Notes: a model not told the origin generated them from the sequence alone. 64,000 nt of DNA from Alphaproteobacteria bacterium (GCA_024281375.1 JAJSAD010000052.1:3140-67139), one strand, 5' to 3'; numbered from the stretch's first letter, positions 47,480-57,474 are shown. Made by a program: numbers and translations.

Positions 47480-48946
47480 ATGACAAGAAAGAATAATAAG
47501 ACTGCCACTGTTACATCAAAAATTCTAAAAAACGAAGCCCTTCATTTCACCCTAATGGCGGCTGTAATAGGACTTATCCTAGCAATTCTTTATATTTTCT
47601 CTTCTTATCTGAGTGCCGATAAAGCGGGGGCTGATTATATTATTGCTCAAAGCATACATGTTCTTATTGTGTGCTTTGTTGCTTGGATTATTATGCGTTT
47701 ATTCCGCATGGTTTTGGTGCAAAATTTTAAGAAAAAAACTGATAAACATGTGCCGCGCTACATCATAAGCCTTTTCAATTGGGGGGTGACAATTGGGGCT
47801 ATTCTTTTTATTACAATTTCTGTTTTTGAGCAATCCGCCTGGACTCTTGTGACGGCTGGAGGCATTATGGGGGCTGGTCTCGCTTTTTCTGTTCAAGGCA
47901 TTGTCTTGGACATGGTTTCTGGTTTGATTCTTGATGTGGAACGAACCTATAAAACGGGAGATTGGATTCGCTTGGATGAAAAAACCGTTGGAGAGGTTAT
48001 CAAAACATCTTGGCGCCATATTGAAGTCAGGACTGAGCAAGGTAGTTTAATTGTTATTCCCAATCGTCAACTCACCTCCACAACTTATGAAAATCTCTCT
48101 CATTTTAATAAGGTTTATGGGGATGAGGTTTCTTTGGCCATCGACCATGATGTCCCCGTTGAACGAGCTGAGCGCGTGTTAACGGATGCTCTTTTGGGAA
48201 TCCCTGAAGTTGTCAAGACAGGTATTTATTCTGTATGGGCTGACTATGTCAACGAAGGAGGCGTCGTGTTTACCCTTCGTTTTGGCGTAGAGGGATTTGA
48301 TCGATTGCGCCCTATCCGTCATAAGGTATTAGACGCGGCAACAGCGACACTACATGCCAACGGTATGAATGTTTCTGAAACCATCGGTGAATATTGTCTC
48401 TCAAAAGCTGTTCCTTATTATCAATCCAATGAATTGCCCGTTAAAGATGTTTTGCGTAAAGTAAAACTTTTTGATGCGTTAAAGGATAGTGAAATTGAAA
48501 AATTAAGCAAAAAGGCTGAGCGTTTTCTCATTGATGCAGGGGATGATATTATTGTTATGGGGGATGATTCAGATTCCTTGTTTGTTATTGCTGAAGGGGC
48601 TGTTGATGTGATTATCCCTCTCAAAGAAGGCAAGAAAACCATTAATAAAGTTGTCGCAACCCTTGGGGCTGGAAATTTTGTGGGGGATAGAGCGCTTTTA
48701 CTCGGTGAAAAACGGTCTGCAACGGTCAGGGCCCGCACAAAAGTACTGACCTATGAGGTTACTAAATCTGACTTAAAACCTCTCCTAAAAGCCCGGCCTG
48801 AGATTATCGGGGCTCTTTCTGATATCGTCTTAGAACGCGAGCAAGACACCTCTAAAAAGGTCAGTGATGCTAAAAAAGGCTTGAAGAAAAAAAACACCCT
48901 TCGAGAAGAGCTTATGAAGGGTATCCAAAAATTCTTTGGTGTTTAG
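47480..48946 (+). CDS. MscS-family mechanosensitive channel fused to a C-terminal cyclic nucleotide-binding domain
   Basis: MscS core GDWIRLDEKTVGEVIKTSWRHIEVRTEQGSLIVIPNRQL. The cNMP-binding domain reads FDALKDSEIEKL...GDDSDSLFVIAEGAVDV...GNFVGDRALLLGEKRSATVRA. Confidence 0.8.
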   Translation: MTRKNNKTATVTSKILKNEALHFTLMAAVIGLILAILYIFSSYLSADKAGADYIIAQSIHVLIVCFVAWIIMRLFRMVLVQNFKKKTDKHVPRYIISLFNWGVTIGAILFITISVFEQSAWTLVTAGGIMGAGLAFSVQGIVLDMVSGLILDVERTYKTGDWIRLDEKTVGEVIKTSWRHIEVRTEQGSLIVIPNRQLTSTTYENLSHFNKVYGDEVSLAIDHDVPVERAERVLTDALLGIPEVVKTGIYSVWADYVNEGGVVFTLRFGVEGFDRLRPIRHKVLDAATATLHANGMNVSETIGEYCLSKAVPYYQSNELPVKDVLRKVKLFDALKDSEIEKLSKKAERFLIDAGDDIIVMGDDSDSLFVIAEGAVDVIIPLKEGKKTINKVVATLGAGNFVGDRALLLGEKRSATVRARTKVLTYEVTKSDLKPLLKARPEIIGALSDIVLEREQDTSKKVSDAKKGLKKKNTLREELMKGIQKFFGV

Positions 48947-49046
48947 TCGTCTTTTTTTAAGTTTTTTCCAGATGAATTTGATCAAAAAATTGACAATTCC
49001 CCTTTTATTAATTATAAGAGAAATATTAATAAAAAGGGACTAAAAA

Positions 49047-50015
49047 ATGAAAAATATCCTTATTGCTTTATCTATAATGTTTTCTTCTATTCTTCAAGCA
49101 TCAGAAATCATAGAGGCGTCTGAAGGTCTTAAGGAGACTTTGAACAGAGCTGTCGAAGATGCAGTCTGGGAAAATGGTTTGTCTAGTATCGTTGACTCTC
49201 GTCCCTTTGGTTTGCTCACAGTTCAACCAGACCCAGAAATTGAGGACCCCTCCCTTTTATTCAAGACATTAAAGATTTCGGGAAAATTTATGGAACTTAT
49301 AAAGGAATTAAGGCTTTTATATGATAATATTCCTATGAAAATAGTTTCTGATCTAGGTAGTGAGAAAGCCTATTGGAGCCTTCAGAAAAAGTGCGTTTAT
49401 ATGGTACCTGAAGGTGTTTGTTGCTCTCTTATTTTTGAATTGTGCAATGCGGCTAACTCCGCTCTTTTTGAAGAAAATTACGATTTAATGATGGGGTATG
49501 CAAAGACTCCAAATGAATTTGCCTTTTTACTTGAAGTTGCAGAATGTATGACATCCCAGCGCTCTTGTTTAATTAGTTTTGATTTCTGGGACGTACTTAT
49601 GCGGCCTGATCATAGGGCGCTCAGAAAATATATGGCCCAACTTTATGGTGTAGGACCTGGAGAGTTTGAAGAATTCGAAGAATTTATGGAATATAATAAA
49701 GAAGAATTACTTGAAAAAAAGGAAAATACGTTTCTAGATTACTGGACGATTCAGAATATGGGAGCTTATAAGGATATCACTCATACAAACGCTATTAGAA
49801 GGCAGTTTCTGACCCTAAAACCACACTATTCTTCTTGCACAGAAAATAGGAATTTTCTTTCTCTTATCTCCCCTCAATTTGAAGAAGCAATTGTGAATGC
49901 CCTAATGCTATTGAGCCTGAATAGGCAGTTTTATGTCTTGAAAAATTTTGGTGGTGTTCCTGTGGATTTACATCCTTCTAGAAAAACATCGTCACAATTA
50001 TGGCGAGGCGCTTAA
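49047..50015 (+). CDS. Hypothetical secreted protein, no recognisable domain
   Basis: 322 aa with signal peptide MKNILIALSIMFSSILQAS and an acidic EFEEFEEFMEYNKEE patch. A promoter-like TTGACA-N17-TATAAG lies about 60 nt upstream. Its stop overlaps the xthA stop (convergent). Confidence 0.55.
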   Translation: MKNILIALSIMFSSILQASEIIEASEGLKETLNRAVEDAVWENGLSSIVDSRPFGLLTVQPDPEIEDPSLLFKTLKISGKFMELIKELRLLYDNIPMKIVSDLGSEKAYWSLQKKCVYMVPEGVCCSLIFELCNAANSALFEENYDLMMGYAKTPNEFAFLLEVAECMTSQRSCLISFDFWDVLMRPDHRALRKYMAQLYGVGPGEFEEFEEFMEYNKEELLEKKENTFLDYWTIQNMGAYKDITHTNAIRRQFLTLKPHYSSCTENRNFLSLISPQFEEAIVNALMLLSLNRQFYVLKNFGGVPVDLHPSRKTSSQLWRGA

Positions 50016-50803
50016 CGTTCTAAGTCAATCCAAACAGGGGCATGGTCTGAGGGTTTTTGTTCCCCGCGGATGTCATGATCAATGCCCGTGTCTTTTAAAA
50101 TATCTGCTGCTTGGGGGGAACATAAAAGATGGTCAATGCGATAGCCTTTGTTGTTGCCATAGGACCCTGCTCGATAATCCCACCAGGAAAAGAGGTTCTG
50201 ATTCGCCGGTAAAAGAGCAGGATGTTTTAAGCGAAAACCATCTATAAATCCTTCATGATAGAGGGCACGCAATGTTTCTCGTTCTTGCAGGGAACACAGT
50301 ATGCGATCTTTTGTGAACGTATCGGGATTATGGCCATCGCTTATAAAAGGAGCGATATTGTAATCACCTCCAATGACAAGGGGTTCATTGTGTCTCAAAA
50401 GCGCTCGGCCATGCTCTTTGAGGGCATTAAGAAATTTCATTTTATAGGCGAATTTTTCACTGCCAACTTCTTGACCATTGGGAACGTACACGCTCGCAAC
50501 TCTGATACCGTCAACAAGGGCTTCGATATAGCGGGCCTGTTCATCTTCGGGGTAAGTGGGGAGGCCACAGACCACATCTTCAAGGGGGCTTTTAGAAAGA
50601 ATAGCCACCCCATTATAGGATTTTTGACCCCTGAGGGCGATAGTGTACCCAAGGTCCTCAACTTCTTCGTGAGGAAAAGTTTCTTCCTGACATTTGAGTT
50701 CTTGGAGGAGGATAATGTCGGGATTGCGCTCGCCCACCCATTTTTTAAGATGATCAATCCTTGTTCGAATAGAATTCACATTCCAAGTTGCAATAAGGGT
50801 CAT
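50012..50803 (-). CDS. xthA: Exodeoxyribonuclease III
   Basis: TWNVNSIRTR...LQELK...GDYNIAP...SDHAPV are EEP-family AP endonuclease motifs. Confidence 0.9.
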   Translation of the reverse strand: MTLIATWNVNSIRTRIDHLKKWVGERNPDIILLQELKCQEETFPHEEVEDLGYTIALRGQKSYNGVAILSKSPLEDVVCGLPTYPEDEQARYIEALVDGIRVASVYVPNGQEVGSEKFAYKMKFLNALKEHGRALLRHNEPLVIGGDYNIAPFISDGHNPDTFTKDRILCSLQERETLRALYHEGFIDGFRLKHPALLPANQNLFSWWDYRAGSYGNNKGYRIDHLLCSPQAADILKDTGIDHDIRGEQKPSDHAPVWIDLER

Positions 50804-50820
50804 CTTATCTCCAAAGCCTT

Positions 50821-51231
50821 TTAAATTGAAAATGAATTACCACACCCACAAGACGCATCAGAGTTAGGATTGCGTAAGGTAAAGGCAGCCCCGATGAGCT
50901 CTTGCACATAATCCAGAGTGACATCTTTGAGGAGATCATAGGATATCTCATCGGTCACTACAGTCAGCTCTTCGAAGATAAAAATAAGCTCGTCCTTAAG
51001 GGGCTCATTTGTGAAATCGAATTTGTATTGAAAACCATAGCATCCTCCACTGAGAACGGAAATACGAAGGAGGAGTGTGGCCTGTGGTTTTTTCTGTCGT
51101 TCTTGTGTCATGAGGATACGAAGGCGATTTACAGCGCTGTCGGTTATGTATATGGTGGAATCGGTGAGGGGTGCAGGTGCTTGCATAGGATTCCTAGGAA
51201 TCTGAAGAGTATTTTTTTCCGCAGGTGTCAT
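50821..51231 (-). CDS. erpA: Iron-sulfur cluster insertion protein (HesB/IscA/ErpA family)
   Basis: ITDSAVNRL...GGCYGFQYKFDF...CGCGNSFSI is the A-type carrier signature. The N-terminus is about 20 aa longer than usual, so the true start may be Met16 (51186). Confidence 0.8.
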   Translation of the reverse strand: MTPAEKNTLQIPRNPMQAPAPLTDSTIYITDSAVNRLRILMTQERQKKPQATLLLRISVLSGGCYGFQYKFDFTNEPLKDELIFIFEELTVVTDEISYDLLKDVTLDYVQELIGAAFTLRNPNSDASCGCGNSFSI

Positions 51232-51320
51232 TATGGTATCGCGCTCGATTTAATAATATCAGTTCTCTGTTATTTATAGCATATCACCTGAAAATTAAAG
51301 TTTTTATTTGAGAAGAAGTT

Positions 51321-53066
51321 ATGAATCTGTTTACGACCTTTTTAGAGGACATCCGCTCTATTACAAAAACCTTGGTAAAGGAGGGAGTGCTTCCCCAGGG
51401 AACACCTCTCGATCGTTTTGTGGTGGAGCCTCCAAAGGATGCCTCCCATGGAGATTTGGCCACTAATGTTGCTATGGTATTGTGTAAGCCTGCAAAGCTT
51501 AACCCACGGGCCTTAGCAGAGTATTATGTGACTCATTTAAGTACTCATAAAGACGTGATGAGCGCTGAGATTGCCGGTCCTGGTTTTATTAATATCCGTT
51601 TAAAAGAAATTTTTTGGCAAGGTCAGTTAGCAGACATTTTAAAAGCGGGAGAGTCCTATGGTGACTCAACCATTGGTCAGGGTGAAAAAGTAAACGTTGA
51701 ATATGTGTCAACGAACCCGACGGAGCCTTTGCATATCGGGCACTGCCGTGTTGCGGTGGTGGGAGATGTCCTCTCGAGTCTCTTAGAAAAAGCGGGTCAC
51801 AATGTCACCCGTGAGTATTATATTAATGATGCCGGCGGCCAAGCTAATGACCTCGCAAGATCGACCTATAAACGTTACCTTCAAGCTCTCGGGCATGATA
51901 TCGATGATTTAGGGTCCTATGGGGGAGATTATCTGATTCCCGTTGGAAAATCTTTAGCTAAAGAGGTCGGGGATAAATGGGTCAATAAGGAAGAAGCTGA
52001 CTGGCTTTTTGAGGTTCGGGCCTATGCTATTGAGGCCATGATGGGTTTGATTCGGCGGGACCTCGGCACATTAAATATTCATCAGGATGTTTTTTCTTCT
52101 GAATTGGCCATCGTCAAGGCGGGTCGTGTTGACGAGGCTATTGACGATTTGACACAGAAAGGCCTTATTTACACGGGTGTTTTGGAAAAACCCAAAGGTC
52201 GGGACATTGAGGATTGGGAACCTCGGGAACAAACCCTATTCAGATCAGAGAAGTTTGGGGATGATGTGGACCGTGCCATCAAAAAATCCGATGGCAGTTG
52301 GACCTATTTTGCCAGCGATATGGCCTATCACTTGGATAAATTAAAGCGCGGTACGCCAACATTGATTAATGTGTGGGGTGCTGACCATGGGGGCTATGTA
52401 AAGCGCTTGACGGCAGCGGTTGAGGCCTTAAGTGACGGCAAAGCGAAAATGAAATGTATTCTTTGTCAAATGGTGCGTTTTATGGTGAATGGGAAAGCCA
52501 TAAAAATGTCAAAACGGGATGGGAATTTTATCACTGTTGATGAAGCTATTGAAAAAGTGGGGTTGGATGCCATGCGTTTTTTGATGGTCTCTCGTAAAAA
52601 TGATGCTTTTCTTGATTTTGATTTTGAAAAAGCCATCGAGCAAAGCAAAGATAACCCCGTGTTCTATGTGCAATACGCCCATGCGAGGGCTCATTCTATT
52701 AAGCGTCATGTCCAAGATCAGTTCCCAGAGATAGGCTTAAGTCTTGAGGCTCTGTCACAAGTTGATTTTTCAGGACTCACCTCGTCAGAATTTTTAGCTT
52801 TGATTAAAAAATTGTCAGAGTGGCCGCGGGTCATTGAAATGGCGGCGCGGACCTATGAGCCCCATCGTATTCCTTATTATTTGGGAGAGCTTGCCGCTGA
52901 ATTCCATGGCCTTTGGAATAAAGGAAAAGAAAACATGCACTTACGTTTTATTGATCCAGAAAATAGCTTATTAACACAAAAGCACTTTGCCCTTGTGCAA
53001 GCAGTTGCTATAGTGATCGGATCAGGTTTGAAACTTTTGGGTGTGAATCCCCCAGAAAAAATGTAA
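51321..53066 (+). CDS. argS: Arginine--tRNA ligase
   Basis: HIGH-type motif NPTEPLHIGHCR and KMSKS-type motif MSKRDG, with a C-terminal DALR anticodon-binding region. Confidence 0.95.
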   Translation: MNLFTTFLEDIRSITKTLVKEGVLPQGTPLDRFVVEPPKDASHGDLATNVAMVLCKPAKLNPRALAEYYVTHLSTHKDVMSAEIAGPGFINIRLKEIFWQGQLADILKAGESYGDSTIGQGEKVNVEYVSTNPTEPLHIGHCRVAVVGDVLSSLLEKAGHNVTREYYINDAGGQANDLARSTYKRYLQALGHDIDDLGSYGGDYLIPVGKSLAKEVGDKWVNKEEADWLFEVRAYAIEAMMGLIRRDLGTLNIHQDVFSSELAIVKAGRVDEAIDDLTQKGLIYTGVLEKPKGRDIEDWEPREQTLFRSEKFGDDVDRAIKKSDGSWTYFASDMAYHLDKLKRGTPTLINVWGADHGGYVKRLTAAVEALSDGKAKMKCILCQMVRFMVNGKAIKMSKRDGNFITVDEAIEKVGLDAMRFLMVSRKNDAFLDFDFEKAIEQSKDNPVFYVQYAHARAHSIKRHVQDQFPEIGLSLEALSQVDFSGLTSSEFLALIKKLSEWPRVIEMAARTYEPHRIPYYLGELAAEFHGLWNKGKENMHLRFIDPENSLLTQKHFALVQAVAIVIGSGLKLLGVNPPEKM

Positions 53067-53078
53067 TTGGAGACACTT

Positions 53079-54098
53079 ATGAATGACCCACAACGCCCCC
53101 ACAATTCAACTTTAGAACGATCAGAAAGGACAAATCCTGAGATGGGTTCAGATCGAGATGCCTTGAACCTTGTAAGGAAACGTCGCCCCATGGGAGCTCC
53201 GTTAAAGAAATCTAGCGAGAAATTTCAACTCACAATGCCTATTAAAATTGGGGCTGTTGCGTTAATTTTTGCTGGTATTGTCTTGAGTGTGTGGACGATG
53301 AAATCTGCTCATACGCCTGTGAATGATGAGGACCTTCCTGTAATCGCTTCTGAACTTGAGATGGACGATTTTAAAGTCGCTCCTAGTGAAAAAGATGATG
53401 GTCAAGTTCCCCATAGTGATAAAGAATTCTATAGTGAGCTTGAACCTGCAAAACCAATAGCTCAAAAAGAAGCCTTCCGGAAGGCACCTGAGCGCCCCAG
53501 TAAGCAAGTATCCCCGGAAACTTTATTTGCAAAAGGGGCTGCCGCTGTTAAAGAAGAGGTGCCGACCAAAGCAACGAAAGAAGTCTCTGATGGAGATGTG
53601 AAGGTTGTTGATAATGCTAATGATTCAGCCAAGCAAGCTTATAAAGCACCCGCCCCAACGGTTTCAGCTTCAAAACCTCGTAAGACCTTAGAGATGGCCA
53701 TTCAAGATACTCAAAGTGAAATGCGTCGTAACGCGAATCGTCTTGCTAGAAATGATAACCTGTCTAAAAATGATGTTAAAAAAGTTGTATCAGCTCCTGT
53801 ATCAGTGCCGACAAAAGCCTCAACATCGGTAAAAGCCGCGGGGGGGCAAGGGTATTGGGTCCAAGTGGCTTCTTTACCGACTCAGGCCTCTGCTCAAAAA
53901 GAAGCAAAACGCCTTCAAGCTAAATCGAAAAAAGAGCTGAAATCACAAGACTATCGCACCGTTCGTGTAGACCTTGGTAAGCCGAAGGGCATCCGTTATC
54001 GCGTTCATTTTGGTCCTTTTTCCCGTTCTCAAGCTGTACAGAAATGTCAGAACTTGAAAGGAAATGAGAAAATTTCTTGTCTCGTCGTAAAGGGATAA
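53079..54098 (+). CDS. SPOR domain-containing membrane protein
   Basis: One TM (IGAVALIFAGIVLSVW), a low-complexity linker and a C-terminal SPOR domain (GYWVQVASLPTQASAQKEAKRLQ...YRVHFGPFSRSQAVQKCQNLK). I chose ATG 53079 with a GGAGA SD. The track start at 53067 is TTG. Confidence 0.8.
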   Translation: MNDPQRPHNSTLERSERTNPEMGSDRDALNLVRKRRPMGAPLKKSSEKFQLTMPIKIGAVALIFAGIVLSVWTMKSAHTPVNDEDLPVIASELEMDDFKVAPSEKDDGQVPHSDKEFYSELEPAKPIAQKEAFRKAPERPSKQVSPETLFAKGAAAVKEEVPTKATKEVSDGDVKVVDNANDSAKQAYKAPAPTVSASKPRKTLEMAIQDTQSEMRRNANRLARNDNLSKNDVKKVVSAPVSVPTKASTSVKAAGGQGYWVQVASLPTQASAQKEAKRLQAKSKKELKSQDYRTVRVDLGKPKGIRYRVHFGPFSRSQAVQKCQNLKGNEKISCLVVKG

Positions 54099-54102
54099 TT
54101 CT

Positions 54103-54804
54103 GTGTGGGATGAACAGCTGGTAACCCTTCTAACGAATGTCCTGATTTATGGGGTGCCGGTTATTTTTGCCATTACTCTCCATGAGGCAGCCCACGGGTA
54201 TGCGGCTCTTCAACGGGGGGATATGACAGCCAAGGTGGCGGGGCGCATTTCCCTCAATCCCTTTCGCCATGTGGACCTTTTTGGCACTTTTATTTTACCG
54301 GCGATTTTAATTTTCTCCCATGCTCCTTTTGTTTTTGGGTATGCAAAGCCGGTGCCAGTAAATTTTAATGCGTTACGTAATCCTCGTTCTGACATGGTTT
54401 ATGTTGCCCTTGCAGGCCCTGCGACGAATATTTTCTTGGCTATTGTCTCAGCACTTTTATTCTACACCGTTCCGTTGATGTCTCCCCTTGCTGCTAAAAT
54501 AATGATCCAAATGCTTGCTTTTTCTATTAATATTAATGTCCTTCTCGCGTTGTTTAATATGCTTCCTATCCCTCCCCTTGATGGGGGCCGTGTTGCCGTT
54601 GGATTACTGCCTGACTTCCTAGCACGTCCCTTGGCGAGGCTCGAAAGATGGGGGTTCGCCCTTATTATTGGTTTTTTTATGCTTTTGCCTTTTATTTTGG
54701 CTCAGTCTGGCATTCACTTTAGTTTGTTTGAAGTCTTGCTAAAAAGGCCAATGGCATGGACAATTGATGTGATAGTATCTTTAACAGGTATCGCAAATCT
54801 TTAG
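54103..54804 (+). CDS. Site-2 protease family (peptidase M50) membrane metalloprotease
   Basis: HEAAHGYAA (HExxH) within the first TM region, polytopic, and a second motif NMLPIPPLDGG. GTG start. Confidence 0.8.
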   Translation: MWDEQLVTLLTNVLIYGVPVIFAITLHEAAHGYAALQRGDMTAKVAGRISLNPFRHVDLFGTFILPAILIFSHAPFVFGYAKPVPVNFNALRNPRSDMVYVALAGPATNIFLAIVSALLFYTVPLMSPLAAKIMIQMLAFSININVLLALFNMLPIPPLDGGRVAVGLLPDFLARPLARLERWGFALIIGFFMLLPFILAQSGIHFSLFEVLLKRPMAWTIDVIVSLTGIANL

Positions 54805-54816
54805 AGGAGAAAAGAA

Positions 54817-55110
54817 ATGAGTGTCGGCCCCTGGCAGATTATTATTATTGTTTTAATTATTTTGGTTTTGTTTGGCAAAGGTAAAATCTCAACTTTCATG
54901 GCTGACCTTGGCAAGGGAATGAAGTCCTTTAAAGACGGGATGGATGATGAAAAAAAGCCTGAAAAAAAAGAAAAAGAGCCCGTAAAGAAAGTTACTGTGA
55001 AAAAGACAGTAAAGAAATCAACTAAAAAAATAACCCCTCCACAGAAACCGACTACGAAAAAAACACCCAAAAAAAAAGCGGCTCCTAAAAAGAAACCTGT
55101 GAAAAAATAG
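54817..55110 (+). CDS. tatA: Twin-arginine translocase subunit TatA with long Lys/Pro-rich tail
   Basis: MSVGPWQIIIIVLIILVLFGKGKISTFMADLGKGMKSFKDGM is canonical TatA/E. About 50 aa of KKP/KKT-rich tail follow. Confidence 0.9.
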   Translation: MSVGPWQIIIIVLIILVLFGKGKISTFMADLGKGMKSFKDGMDDEKKPEKKEKEPVKKVTVKKTVKKSTKKITPPQKPTTKKTPKKKAAPKKKPVKK

Positions 55111-55116
55111 GTTCTG

Positions 55117-55392
55117 ATGTTTGATCTTGGCACCTGGGGTGAAATCTTTATTATTATTGTTGCGGCTTTGGTCCTTATTGGGCCAAAGGAGCTGCCGACA
55201 GTGCTGCGTGCCTTGGGTCGTCTTATTCAAAAGCTTAAAAATATGAGTGCTGGTGTTCGACGTGAATTTGATAAATATATCCATGAAGGAGAATTCGAGG
55301 AATACACCAAAGGCACCAATATTTTAGGGGATATGGATCCCAACAAAAACTCTGATGAGGACGAAAAAGAGGAGTCAACCAATGACCTCTGA
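55117..55392 (+). CDS. tatB: Twin-arginine translocase subunit TatB
   Basis: MFDLGTWGEIFIIIVAALVLIGPKELPTVLRALGRLIQKLKNM. Confidence 0.85.
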   Translation: MFDLGTWGEIFIIIVAALVLIGPKELPTVLRALGRLIQKLKNMSAGVRREFDKYIHEGEFEEYTKGTNILGDMDPNKNSDEDEKEESTNDL

Positions 55393-56161
55393 TCAGAATC
55401 AAAGTTCAGACAAAGACATGCCGTTGGTCGCTCACCTTTTGGAATTGCGCTCACGTCTTTTGTGGAGCTTCCTCTTTTTCGGTGTTGCTTTTGTTGCTCT
55501 TTATCCTTTTTCTCAGCATATTTTTGCATATCTAGTGATGCCTTTAGCCGATTTATTAGGAACTGATGAAAGTCGTCGCCTGATTTACACAGGCCTTCCC
55601 GAAGCTTTTCTAACCTATTTGAAGGTCACTCTTTTTGCAGCCTTTATGGTATCGTTTCCTATTATTGCCCTGCATCTCTGGCGTTTTATTATGCCAGGGC
55701 TTTATAAAAATGAACGCCGTACCTTTTTCATTTTCATGATTTCAACGCCGCTTTTGTTTATTGTCGGGGCTGGATTTGCTTTTTATGGAGTCATTCCCAT
55801 GGCGCGGAAATTCTTTTTGAGCTATGAAAGTTCTGCCGCCATAACGGGTCTTGCTATTCAACTAGAAGCCCGAGTCAGTGAATATTTGTCCATGACCCTT
55901 CAGATGATGATCGCTTTTGGCCTGTGTTTCCAAATGCCGTTGGTGCTGCTCTTATTAGCGCGTATGGGTGTTTTGACAGCCGTGTCTCTTGCGCAAAAGC
56001 GCCGTTATGCTATTGTTTTAATCTTAATAATGTCAGCGATTTTAACGCCCCCAGATGTGTTAAGTATGATGGGATTAGCTGCCCCTCTTTATGTATTATA
56101 TGAAATTTCTATTGTATTAGTGCGGGTCTTAGCGCCCCCTAAAAAAGAAAGTGGAGAGTAG
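55382..56161 (+). CDS. tatC: Twin-arginine translocase subunit TatC
   Basis: MPLVAHLLELRSRLL followed by 6 TM. I chose ATG 55382 with a GAGGAG SD, overlapping the tatB stop. The track ORF begins at 55355. Confidence 0.9.
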   Translation: MTSDQNQSSDKDMPLVAHLLELRSRLLWSFLFFGVAFVALYPFSQHIFAYLVMPLADLLGTDESRRLIYTGLPEAFLTYLKVTLFAAFMVSFPIIALHLWRFIMPGLYKNERRTFFIFMISTPLLFIVGAGFAFYGVIPMARKFFLSYESSAAITGLAIQLEARVSEYLSMTLQMMIAFGLCFQMPLVLLLLARMGVLTAVSLAQKRRYAIVLILIMSAILTPPDVLSMMGLAAPLYVLYEISIVLVRVLAPPKKESGE

Positions 56162-56168
56162 ATTTTAA

Positions 56169-57452
56169 GTGTTAGATATTAAGTGGATTCGTGAAAATCC
56201 AAAACTATTAGATGCGGGTCTTGCAAAGCGCAATAAATCCCCCTGTGCGGCTGAATTAATTGCGCTGGATGAAAAACATCGGGCATTCTTAACGCAGCTA
56301 CAAGATTTACAAAGTGAGCGCAATACCGTTGCCAAAGCCTTTGGGGAAGCAAAACGTAAAGGAGAGAGCTCTGAGGCGTTAGGGGCAAGGGCAACGGAGA
56401 TTAAGCAACAGCTCTCAACCCTTGAAGCACAATCTGACGATGCGCAAAAAGAGTTGGAATTTTTATTGGCCATCACGCCGAACCTTGTATTAGATGAAGT
56501 GCCAGCCGGTGCGGAAGAATCAGATAACGAGCTTATGAAAACATGGGGGGATATTCCAACCTTTGATTTTGAGCCCAAGCGCCATTTTGATTTGGGAGAA
56601 GACTTAGGGCTGATGGATTTTGAGACCGCTGCAAAGATGTCGGGCTCTCGGTTTGTGCTATTACGCGGTGCCCTCGCAAAATTAGAGCGTGCCCTTGCGA
56701 ATTTTATGTTAGATCGTCATATCGATACCTATGGTTATGAAGAAATCCAGCCCCCCGTGTTGGTGAAGGATCAGGCTTTTTATGGGGCAGGCCTGTTGCC
56801 AAAATTTGCCGATAATGCTTTTCAGACAACGGAAAATCATTGGCTTATCCCCACATCAGAGGTGCCCCTTTCTAATATGGTGAGCGACTCTATTATAGAT
56901 AAGAAAGACCTTCCCCTTCGTTTTGTGGCCCACACACCCTGCTTTAGATCGGAAGCAGGAGCCGCTGGCCGTGACACCCGTGGAATGATTCGCCTGCACC
57001 AATTTAATAAGGTCGAGCTTGTTTCAATTACTCATCCCGACGAGACCATGGCCGAGCATGAGCGCATAGTTTCCTGCGCAGAAAGTATCCTCGAGAGCCT
57101 GGAACTTCCCTATCGCCGCATGCTTTTGTGTGGCGGAGATATGGGCATTCAATCTGAAAAGACTTATGACCTTGAAGTCTGGTTACCGGGCGAAGATACT
57201 TATCGTGAAATTTCCAGTTGTTCAACCTGTGGGGACTATCAAGCACGCCGCATGAAGGCTCGTTTTAGGGAGGATTCTGTTGAGGGGAAAAAAGGGAAGA
57301 CACGTTTTGTGAATACCTTGAATGGATCTGGTTTGGCCGTGGGCCGAACCCTTGTGGCGATTCTTGAAAACTACCAACAAGCCGACGGGTCCATTAGGGT
57401 CCCAGAAATACTACGTCCCTATATGGGCGGCCTTGAGATCATACAAAAGTAA
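56169..57452 (+). CDS. serS: Serine--tRNA ligase
   Basis: MLDIKWIRENP, an N-terminal coiled-coil arm, and class II motifs (TPCFRSEAGAAGRDTRGMIRLHQFNKVE, LNGSGLAVGRTLVAILENYQ). GTG start. Confidence 0.95.
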   Translation: MLDIKWIRENPKLLDAGLAKRNKSPCAAELIALDEKHRAFLTQLQDLQSERNTVAKAFGEAKRKGESSEALGARATEIKQQLSTLEAQSDDAQKELEFLLAITPNLVLDEVPAGAEESDNELMKTWGDIPTFDFEPKRHFDLGEDLGLMDFETAAKMSGSRFVLLRGALAKLERALANFMLDRHIDTYGYEEIQPPVLVKDQAFYGAGLLPKFADNAFQTTENHWLIPTSEVPLSNMVSDSIIDKKDLPLRFVAHTPCFRSEAGAAGRDTRGMIRLHQFNKVELVSITHPDETMAEHERIVSCAESILESLELPYRRMLLCGGDMGIQSEKTYDLEVWLPGEDTYREISSCSTCGDYQARRMKARFREDSVEGKKGKTRFVNTLNGSGLAVGRTLVAILENYQQADGSIRVPEILRPYMGGLEIIQK

Positions 57453-57474
57453 ACTTTAAAAGGATAAAAATTCC

